A stretch of 64,000 nucleotides of DNA. It comes from an uncultured Poribacteria bacterium (GTDB lineage Bacteria; Poribacteria; WGA-4E; WGA-3G). Positions within the stretch are counted from its first letter, which is position 1, and every line of letters begins with the position of its first letter. The stretch spans positions 2,080,001 through 2,144,000 of the forward strand of contig CATQHZ020000001.1 of the NCBI GenBank assembly GCA_958296135.2, given 5' to 3'. Positions 56,520-64,000 of the stretch are shown here, piece by piece. The translations under genes were made by a program, and so were the position numbers. The notes beneath the pieces were generated by a model. That model saw only the letters and a program-made list of their open reading frames with translations, was not told the DNA's origin and ran no database searches.

Positions 56520-59500
56520 CTATCGAATGATCGCGAACCTGCCGATTTTGTTGCCGATAACGGTGTTGCTTTCATCGCGTGCCTCAACGTGATAGATATA
56601 GATGCCGCTCGCGAGAGCCTGATTGTGAAGGTTCAGCAGCGAAAACTCCGCCGTGCCGCCCCTGTCGCCTTGTGCCAACCGGTCTTCCGGACTGAACAGC
56701 CCTGTGCTTTCGTGCTCAATCGAGCGGACTAACTCACCCGCCAACGTATAGATGCGAATGGTGCAGCGCGGCGGCAGGTGCGTGAAGAAGATTTTATCCG
56801 TGCCTTCCGCCGTGACTGCCCGGTTTGTAACAAAATAAGGATTCGGCACGACGCGGATTTTCCCTAAATCTGCCTCAATGTCTCGCGCGATGAGCGTCTC
56901 GCCTCGCGTCGTAATGAGAAACTCATCGCCATCTTGCGGCGCGCTGACACCCCCCATTTCAACGTGGAAGACATCGCCCGCAGAGATTTCCTGACTCGGG
57001 TCCTTGATGAAGACATACCCGCCACGGATGAAAATCCGAAAATAGGCCGGCGTATCTTCACGGCTATATTCATCACGCCAGCCAGAGCCTGTCAGAATCG
57101 CATAACCGTCGGCACGCTGATCGTTGAATTGGATGTCCTCGCCGGTATCTTCGTCTACCACTTTGACGTGCATGTCGTCAATAAACGTGATCGAATAGGT
57201 ATGCGGCCGGTAATAAGTCGCCCAGTAAATGTTCGGCCAGGTATTCTCACCGACACCGGGCGATTGAATATCGACAGACCAGCCTGTCACAGCACCTTCG
57301 ACAAGTTTCACATCGTGAATCGGGTTTTCGGTGGGACTGCCGTAGGACACGTCAACTCCTTTTATCTTCAAAACGATTCCATCAAACATCGGTGAGAGCA
57401 CCTCAACGGCTGCGCCGTCGTCTGGCTCATACCAGGCAAACGTTTGATTCTCCACCACCTTCTGATTCGTCGTCGTATTAACGATGTCGTAAGTCGGCGG
57501 CTGATAGCCGGGGCCTGTGATATACGCGCCAGGGCCAGTCTGCTTCGCCCCGCGCCAGACGATTTTGTACTGATGCCCAGTAACCTCTTTCGACGCGAGC
57601 ACCATTGGCTCTACGCTGACAGTGCCAATTCCGTGATGTTCCAATTCAACAGATGCTTCGCGATACCCTGCAGGTTGCGCGCGCGGCACGACAGAGACCA
57701 TCGTCTCGATCTGGCTGCTCTCCATCGCTACCAGTCCGGTTGTCGGGTTACCGGTGTCAAAGGAGGTGACAGCGTAGGTGTATCGGAGCCCATTCGTCAG
57801 CCCTTCGTCCGTATAGAAATTCTTGATACCCGCGTCCTCCCCGAGTGCCATTGAAGGCGTTGAAACGACGCGGAAAATATCGCCGGCGACCGGCGGCCCT
57901 GAGGGGCCATCCGTAATTGTCACATATAACCCGCCGAAGTATATCGGTTCGCCGGAACGATAAGTGCCATCGGGATATGCCTCACCGGTATCAAAATCCT
58001 TGATGACAGCGTATCCGCCGCCATCATTCGGAAATTCGGCGTTATATGCCATCACTTCCCACAGCGTTGTGTTAATCACCTCAAAGGCCGTGCTAGAATT
58101 GAATTTGATGACGTAAATCGCGCTTTTGAAGAAATCAGCGAAGTAAGGTTCGTCACCCATGCTCGCGATGGTAGAGTCTGACAATTTCCCGACATGCGCC
58201 ACGGTGAAGAAATTGCCGGTCGCGCTCGGTTTGTCAAACTCCGCCAGCATTTTCCAATCTGCCACGGGTTCGCCAGTGGATTCGGCGTAGGAGGTATCCC
58301 GTCTATAAATGCGATACCCCTCAAAAATTTTCTCCGAATCCGTGACATCAACATATTCCTCAATGCTTTTGCTGACTCCGTTATCAACCCAAAGCCCCTC
58401 ACTCTCCCAGACAAGGGTAACCTGTCTATCGGCAGGATACGCGGTGACTCGCGGCGACGGCGGCGGTGCCGGTGCGACGTAATCATCGTCATACAACCGC
58501 TGCGCCCAATCCGAAGATGCTTGCAATCCCGCGAGTCCTTCGCCGATGGCTACCGTGATGACAACCGTGAACGACTGCCCTGGTGCAAGTGATTCCACCG
58601 GACCGTAAGACTGAATGAACCGCTGGTCATCGTAATTTGCAGGCAGTGCATCGACGCCGGGGGTGCTAATCAAAGCATACATCTCCGCATCTGTCGTCGG
58701 ATCTGTGGAAATAGTAATCCGTTTGTGCGCCGCAAAAGGGATTTTCGCCCCAGTATCCTGCATATAGGCATCTAGCACGCGCAAACCGATGTAACCAGGC
58801 GCAGAGGCGTTGGAGAATCCGTAGGAGAGGTAGCGGTTCGGGTGCGCTTCGGGACTCAGTGAATCGGGAGTCTGGTCCAGCGCGACGAAGTCATCGGCGG
58901 AGTAACTCGCAGTGCCGGTTTCGTTGCTAGAGATATCCACATCATACCGGAACGCCATGAACAGAGATTCCAGCGTGTCGTTCCCAACATTCGTAACCTT
59001 ATATTCTAAAATAAAGAAATCGTAGAGCGGCGCGTAACTCCACTGGAAACCGCGAACCTCAATATCCAACCCAAGCACTAATCCCTTATTTGCCTCTGGG
59101 TTCATATCGGTGCATTTGAACATAACCGCTTGGCTCGTCGGTGTCCCTTTCGTGGTGGTGCCGGGTTTATCCGAGATGACTTCAGGCACATCGTCTGTCG
59201 GCCAGAGCTCGGATTGCCCGCTATCTGATACCGAGACACCTACCTCGCCGCCCTTCTTCGCACCGAGCCAGATATCTCCTTCATAGAGATAGGAATCGTT
59301 TGTGCCAGCGGGCCACCATCCTGATGGATTCGAGGTAGGGCTGCTCGGAAACCCGATGACCGCGGTGTTGTAAACAGCGGAAGACAAGTTGCCAACATCA
59401 AGGGCCTTCCAATCCACGGCGGCGACTGCCGATAAACTGATAAAAACGAAGAACGCGGAGCTCAGTGCGCGCTTGCAACGCGCGCCTACCGAAAAAAAGA

Positions 59501-59543
59501 CACTTCGGCGGTTTCCGCGATGTGCCTGATATAAAAATTTCAT
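56520..59543 (-). CDS. Large secreted protein with T9SS-CTD-like C-terminus
   Basis: Signal peptide; FN3-like PPSP.V..YP.D.QV.L.W, FEGYRIYR, NG..YTYAVTSFD; IRVVPNPY..IFFTHLP..CTIRIYT..GELV..LASGIY.YHV. Confidence 0.8.
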   Translation of the reverse strand: MKFLYQAHRGNRRSVFFSVGARCKRALSSAFFVFISLSAVAAVDWKALDVGNLSSAVYNTAVIGFPSSPTSNPSGWWPAGTNDSYLYEGDIWLGAKKGGEVGVSVSDSGQSELWPTDDVPEVISDKPGTTTKGTPTSQAVMFKCTDMNPEANKGLVLGLDIEVRGFQWSYAPLYDFFILEYKVTNVGNDTLESLFMAFRYDVDISSNETGTASYSADDFVALDQTPDSLSPEAHPNRYLSYGFSNASAPGYIGLRVLDAYMQDTGAKIPFAAHKRITISTDPTTDAEMYALISTPGVDALPANYDDQRFIQSYGPVESLAPGQSFTVVITVAIGEGLAGLQASSDWAQRLYDDDYVAPAPPPSPRVTAYPADRQVTLVWESEGLWVDNGVSKSIEEYVDVTDSEKIFEGYRIYRRDTSYAESTGEPVADWKMLAEFDKPSATGNFFTVAHVGKLSDSTIASMGDEPYFADFFKSAIYVIKFNSSTAFEVINTTLWEVMAYNAEFPNDGGGYAVIKDFDTGEAYPDGTYRSGEPIYFGGLYVTITDGPSGPPVAGDIFRVVSTPSMALGEDAGIKNFYTDEGLTNGLRYTYAVTSFDTGNPTTGLVAMESSQIETMVSVVPRAQPAGYREASVELEHHGIGTVSVEPMVLASKEVTGHQYKIVWRGAKQTGPGAYITGPGYQPPTYDIVNTTTNQKVVENQTFAWYEPDDGAAVEVLSPMFDGIVLKIKGVDVSYGSPTENPIHDVKLVEGAVTGWSVDIQSPGVGENTWPNIYWATYYRPHTYSITFIDDMHVKVVDEDTGEDIQFNDQRADGYAILTGSGWRDEYSREDTPAYFRIFIRGGYVFIKDPSQEISAGDVFHVEMGGVSAPQDGDEFLITTRGETLIARDIEADLGKIRVVPNPYFVTNRAVTAEGTDKIFFTHLPPRCTIRIYTLAGELVRSIEHESTGLFSPEDRLAQGDRGGTAEFSLLNLHNQALASGIYIYHVEARDESNTVIGNKIGRFAIIR

Positions 59544-59554
59544 GTATCCTCCTT

Positions 59555-61339
59555 TCACCGAGTCTCCGTGAGCTCGAAAATCCGGTATCGCTGCGTCTTG
59601 CCCTGCCCGAGCTCCACCTCGCCTTCAAGAAACAGCGGGTAATCATGCGCTGTGTGCGCTGTCTCCTTGACAGAAAAGAGATACGGAATCGCGCCTGCTT
59701 CCCGTGCTTTCTTTGCATCGCTGACGAAATCGCGCGGTGCTTCCCTATGCTTGTTGAAAATCTGATAAGTCGACCGGTCGGCGTAATACATCAAATCGAA
59801 GTGCGCGCCGACGCGCTCATCGTCCAGAAAAAAGCAGGCGTTTTCCGGCATCTCACGCTGGAGCCGAGGGCCGGTTGTCTCATACAACGGAACCTTGCTA
59901 TTTCGTGCCGTGACGCTGTAGGCGGAATTGACATAGCCCCACGCATAAAACACCGAAATCATCAGAGCCATCGCGCGAAGGCCGCGCCACACCCACTCTT
60001 GCGATTTCCTCGCGCGAAGCAGTAAATAGCTGCCAGCGAGCATCGCGAGCAGCACACCAAAACTGATGAGTTGCACGATAATCCAGAAGTTTGTCTGAAC
60101 GAACGGCGCGAACGCGTTGAGCTCATCAAATTGATCTCGACTCCCTACCAAGGAACGCCCACCTGGGATGACAGTAATCGCGAGCATCGCCGCACCCCAG
60201 ATAGCGGTGTAAAGCCAGTCTTTCTTTTTCCACGCCCAACTAATGACGGCCGCGAGGCATATAAGCAGCGGCGGCACGGCAATCATCGTCGCCGATGGCG
60301 TTTTTGTCTGTGCCAGCGTGTGCGGCACAATCACACCGATGCCCCACGCGAGCACGAAAAGTTCGGGGAGCCGTCGGTTTTTAAAAAGCACGATTATCAG
60401 ACACAGCACCGCTGCGAGGAGTGCCGCATAAAACAGCGGATAAAACAGAATCATGTAGTCAAACAGCGGTCTGTCCCATGTCGCGCCCCAACTTTCGACA
60501 TCGGTGTTGAGATGGTCCAACACCCGTTTGTGCTCCCACAAAAATTCGTTTGGATAACGGATGAGACAGTAGATAACCCACGGTGCCACCGTCGCGATTC
60601 CCGACAGGAGCAGGATGCCAATGTCTCCAATCCGAATCCGACGTGCTGTTTCCGTAGGCGCGTTTTGTAAGCGCGCACGTTGGGCGAACCACACCACAAA
60701 CGCAATCCCGAACGTGATCAGCGCGAGATAACTTTTTGATAGATAGGCGATGCCCATCGCTACGCCCGATAAGCTGTAAGTCCATCGTTTCCCTGTCCGA
60801 ATAGCGCAGAGCAGCAGCCAGCACGAAACCTGCACCCAGAGGAGCAGCGCGATGTCAATGTGATCTGAATAGCGGTACCCGTGAACCGATTCAAACAGAA
60901 ACGGGTTGAAGGCGTGCAGAAATGCGGCGATTAACCCGGCGCGTTTGTCAAACAGTTCTGAAGCAATGCGAAACGTCAGCCACACCGTAATGACGAGGCT
61001 TATTGCAGAGGGCAGCCGTAGCGCGAACGTGTTGATACCGAAAATAAAGTGCGACAGACAGATCGTCCACATCGCGACAGGCGGTTTATGCAGCCAGATG
61101 TGGTTATCGCCCCAACTTTTGTAGTTGTAGGGTAACCAAGGTTCATCGTAAAGCGTAAATTTAAGCGGATGTTTCGTCAAATTCCGAGCGACAACAGCGT
61201 GGAATCCTTCGTCCCAATAGGTTATCCCGCTATGGCCAAGGTGTCGTAGCACCAATGCCCCTGAGGTTATCAGGATGCCGATTAGGATAAGGTTGGGTAT
61301 GGTGGCTGCGCTTCGCAAGCGCGCGATGTCAAGATTCAT
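59555..61339 (-). CDS. ArnT/PMT (GT39/GT83-like) membrane glycosyltransferase
   Basis: WDEG.H..VA.N, HKPP, RLPSA, many TMs. Confidence 0.85.
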   Translation of the reverse strand: MNLDIARLRSAATIPNLILIGILITSGALVLRHLGHSGITYWDEGFHAVVARNLTKHPLKFTLYDEPWLPYNYKSWGDNHIWLHKPPVAMWTICLSHFIFGINTFALRLPSAISLVITVWLTFRIASELFDKRAGLIAAFLHAFNPFLFESVHGYRYSDHIDIALLLWVQVSCWLLLCAIRTGKRWTYSLSGVAMGIAYLSKSYLALITFGIAFVVWFAQRARLQNAPTETARRIRIGDIGILLLSGIATVAPWVIYCLIRYPNEFLWEHKRVLDHLNTDVESWGATWDRPLFDYMILFYPLFYAALLAAVLCLIIVLFKNRRLPELFVLAWGIGVIVPHTLAQTKTPSATMIAVPPLLICLAAVISWAWKKKDWLYTAIWGAAMLAITVIPGGRSLVGSRDQFDELNAFAPFVQTNFWIIVQLISFGVLLAMLAGSYLLLRARKSQEWVWRGLRAMALMISVFYAWGYVNSAYSVTARNSKVPLYETTGPRLQREMPENACFFLDDERVGAHFDLMYYADRSTYQIFNKHREAPRDFVSDAKKAREAGAIPYLFSVKETAHTAHDYPLFLEGEVELGQGKTQRYRIFELTETR

Positions 61340-61362
61340 TATGTGCCGCCCGGCGGTGTGAG

Positions 61363-61521
61363 CTACGCCTTCTGCCGAGCCGCTTGCAGTTTGGCGAATT
61401 CCTCGTCATAGTTATCGTAAACACTCATCTCGGGGCTTTCCCAGTCTTCAACAAAGGAGGCAAAGCGGGCCCGCATCTCTGCCGCCTCTGCTCCGCTAAT
61501 GCCGCAATCCTGCAAATCCGC
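61363..61521 (-). pseudogene. Start-less 3' remnant of a small antitoxin-like gene
   Basis: Open frame ADLQDCGISGAEAAEMRARFASFVEDWESPEMSVYDNYDEEFAKLQAARQKA* with no 5' part. Confidence 0.5.
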
Positions 61522-61870
61522 AGGATGTGCCGACCCCGCGCCGTTGATGCTCCGGGAGGATGTAAATGGATTGAAGTTCGCTCTCCAGCCCCATCCGTTC
61601 CGTCAAATGCCCGGCGATGTAACCGATCATTTTTGTTCCGGCGAATGCGGCGTAAATGACTCGCTGCTCCTTCGCCTTCTGTGGATGATGCTCCTTGCGG
61701 ATGTATGCTTTCCACCTGCGTATTGCTGCATCGCGCGCCATATAGAACGGTTTGTTGAAGGCCACCTCGTAACTCTGGAGCGTTATATCGGTGATGGTTT
61801 CGGCATCGTCGATGCCGACTTCCATGAGGGTGTAATCCATGGGGAATGCCTCGGGGAATGCCTCCTCCAC
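61496..61870 (-). pseudogene. GNAT acetyltransferase truncated after motif A
   Basis: ELQSIYILPEHQRRGVGT, then the similarity ends. Confidence 0.7.
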
Positions 61871-62694
61871 TACACGTCAGAATCTTTGATCTTGTTGTAG
61901 ATGTCGGTGCCCTTGGTGCCTAATTTATCGCGGACTTCGTCCCAATCCTCGCGGTCTTCCTTGCCTTTCTCAAGAACAGGGAATATAACCGATACGGACT
62001 TGCGGGCTTCCCTGACGTGGTAGTCGCATGGGGGTTTTGGGAACAATCTGACAATATCGTCCCTGCGTTCCAACCTATTCTCACCCTTAAAAGATAGTTG
62101 AACATAGCAGCGGTGCTTGCGAAGTTGGAGAGTTAATCGCACGCGTTTGCCTTTGACTGTCTTTCCAATTGCTCCAGCCATGTTAATAGGTACCTGTTTT
62201 CCGGCAAACAGTCCCTGCTTGCGGATTGGTGCCCAGAATTCACTGTATTCAGTACTGGTTTCCCTCTCAACGCGCACATCTAACGTAGGTCTAACGATGT
62301 GTTGAAAGAAACATTCCTTGTGCGAATTCGCTTGCGCTTGAATGAGATACCAGTCGATCTCACTTTCTTCGTTGCGCAGCCTGCACGTTTCGATCATGAG
62401 CCCCTCAAAGTCCTCAGCCACTAGGACAGCCACCGCGGCCTCCTTCAATCGGGCGTAGGCTTCAAGTCTTCCCCAGTGATCCCAATTCGCTTTGCCGAAC
62501 TGGTTTTCAACAACGAGGATGCCGTCTTCGCCGACGGCTACAATGTCTGCCTCGCGCCTTCCGACGTTGGCTTCCCTCTCTACATTTTCAAATGTGCCCA
62601 CGTTGAGCACGTCAAGATTGTCCGCAAGATCGTCTGAGAACTCCTCTTCTGAAGGATAGACATTCAACAGCGGCATCAGTTGTTGCAAGTTCAT
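61870..62694 (-). CDS. DUF4268-containing protein with N-terminal PD-(D/E)xK-like nuclease region
   Basis: ERE..VG...ADIVA......VVENQ....DH.G.L..YA; C-terminal Y.EFW. Confidence 0.7.
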   Translation of the reverse strand: MNLQQLMPLLNVYPSEEEFSDDLADNLDVLNVGTFENVEREANVGRREADIVAVGEDGILVVENQFGKANWDHWGRLEAYARLKEAAVAVLVAEDFEGLMIETCRLRNEESEIDWYLIQAQANSHKECFFQHIVRPTLDVRVERETSTEYSEFWAPIRKQGLFAGKQVPINMAGAIGKTVKGKRVRLTLQLRKHRCYVQLSFKGENRLERRDDIVRLFPKPPCDYHVREARKSVSVIFPVLEKGKEDREDWDEVRDKLGTKGTDIYNKIKDSDV

Positions 62695-62771
62695 TTGGCT
62701 AGACTCCTTATAATGTCAGCGGGCGGATATAGAAATCCGCCCTGACAATCAGCGCGAACCGCCACGGTGGA

Positions 62772-63059
62772 TTAGGTGGAGGTTCCGCGCGCTTGGATTT
62801 CGGTTTGGAATACCTGTGGGTTTCCTGAAACCACCCGTGGTTCAATTTCCACGCGGACAGCATCAAACTCTGCTTTCCTAACGTTCGCGAGTGCAGTGCC
62901 GATGGCCTCTTCCAACGACAGAGCCTCACGATGAAAACTAATTTGCGGTACCCCTGCGATAGTCGCAATCGTCCCATCTTGAAAGATGCTGTAGAGCAGG
63001 TCAGCCTCTGCCTCGTTGGGCTCTTCGGTTAAAATGAGTGTGAATTCGTGCACTTTCAC
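62772..63059 (-). CDS. Small hypothetical protein (antitoxin-like, no toxin partner)
   Basis: RBS GAGAGGA before GTG 63059; EFTLIL..ADLLY...DG......F.REA.SLEEAI..A...V. Confidence 0.55.
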   Translation of the reverse strand: MKVHEFTLILTEEPNEAEADLLYSIFQDGTIATIAGVPQISFHREALSLEEAIGTALANVRKAEFDAVRVEIEPRVVSGNPQVFQTEIQARGTST

Positions 63060-63145
63060 GGTAAGTTCCTCTCTTATGCTTCGTCTGATTTTGTGGGGCT
63101 TCACGCATCCTAATTCCCCTCACTCGTGTCCCGAAACCTGTCAAA

Positions 63146-64000
63146 TTAAAAATCCAGACTCACCCCCACCATAATCAGGCGCGGCGAGCTCCACGATGTC
63201 GGATCGGCGTGTTTCTTGCCGTTCAACGGGATGCCATACCGGTCATACGTCACCGGATCGATCAGGTCATAGAGGTTTTTCGTGTTGAAGACGTTCCGGA
63301 TGTCGGCGAAGAAAGTATACGTCAACCCGCCAATGCGGCTCCGCTTGCTGACGAGCGCGTCAACGTTGTAAGTCGCCGGATACCGCTTGGAGTTCACGTC
63401 AGGTTTGATGGGTGCCCCCGGATTCGGCGTGTAAGGCAAACCGCTGCCATACCGGCCAATCAGGTTTATGCCGGCATCAAACGGCAGCTGGATATCCAAC
63501 GTCGCTGCAACGACATGCCGCTGATCCCAACTTAACGGATGACTCTCTGTCACTTCGGGCTGCTGATAATAGTAGGTGAGGTAGCCGAGACTGCGACTGG
63601 AGCCTTTCCCTTTCGCAACGGAATAGGTGTAACTGAGCGAGCCGGAAACGGGTGCCCGTCCTGTGCGCCACTTGCGGATTGTCACCTCGAACCCTTGCAC
63701 GCGCCCGTAAATGTCGTTAATAAAATAACTGTAATCGTTGGTAATATCAACGTGGACACTACTGACTAACTTATCAATATCCTTGGTAAATCCGGTGAGA
63801 GCTACGGTTAAGTCATCGGTGAATTGCTGCGCGATGCCGACTTCATAAGCGATAGTTCTCTCCGGCTCCAGGTCTGGATTGCCGCGCCTGCGGACCGCGC
63901 CGCGCATATCAAAGCTGAGATTCTCATACAAATCATCGGCGCGCGGCATCTGGTAATAGTGCCCATACGTAAAGTGCAACTTCGCGCGTTCCGTAATCGG
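63146..64000 (-). CDS. TonB-dependent receptor, C-terminal barrel (partial)
   Basis: FTYGHYYQ.P, GNPDLEPERT.AYE.G, WDQRH, SGLPYT, NVFN..N, PR.I..G...F terminal Phe. Confidence 0.9.
   Translation of the reverse strand, partial: PITERAKLHFTYGHYYQMPRADDLYENLSFDMRGAVRRRGNPDLEPERTIAYEVGIAQQFTDDLTVALTGFTKDIDKLVSSVHVDITNDYSYFINDIYGRVQGFEVTIRKWRTGRAPVSGSLSYTYSVAKGKGSSRSLGYLTYYYQQPEVTESHPLSWDQRHVVAATLDIQLPFDAGINLIGRYGSGLPYTPNPGAPIKPDVNSKRYPATYNVDALVSKRSRIGGLTYTFFADIRNVFNTKNLYDLIDPVTYDRYGIPLNGKKHADPTSWSSPRLIMVGVSLDF

Noticed and set aside
1-64000. tRNA, rRNA, tmRNA, prophage or integron
   Set aside because: No such signatures recognised by eye.

Overview
This is a bacterial chromosomal window of moderately high GC with about 50 plausible CDSs and no rRNA, tRNA or CRISPR array that I can recognise. 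The gene content suggests Candidatus Poribacteria or a relative (inference only): two phytanoyl-CoA dioxygenases, a DUF6785-type membrane protein, a giant HEAT-repeat lipoprotein, PorV/CTD-type proteins, fused GlyRS and many decayed toxin-antitoxin (TA) modules. Housekeeping and metabolic genes include adk, xylA, ygfZ/gcvT-like, TPAT tatT/dctP, murJ-like, a TolC/MFP/ABC set, RFAP synthase, nfuA, a sigma-70 factor, a MetE-like protein, clpX-like, hemQ-like, gldF/gldG-like, msrB, a radical SAM enzyme and glyQS. The most unusual signals are non-coding. (1) An IS607-type TnpB element (~39727-41182) has its own promoter and a nested-pseudoknot 5' leader. (2) About 1 kb downstream, a 447-bp protein-free element (~42204-42650) keeps a covarying omegaRNA homologue, carries an unidentified ~210-nt highly paired RNA where tnpB would be, and sits between an RBS and the phyH start codon. 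(3) A GTAG-type palindromic repeat family occurs in frame inside at least 5-8 protein-coding genes. (4) Two 60-70-bp MITE-like inserts sit in TATAAT boxes, and one of them regenerates an extended -10. Notable proteins are an Omp85 with DUF4097 and CBM9-like passengers, tandem small-protein/retropepsin pairs and a pseudo-caspase. All calls come from motif reading by eye; no database searches or folding programs were run.
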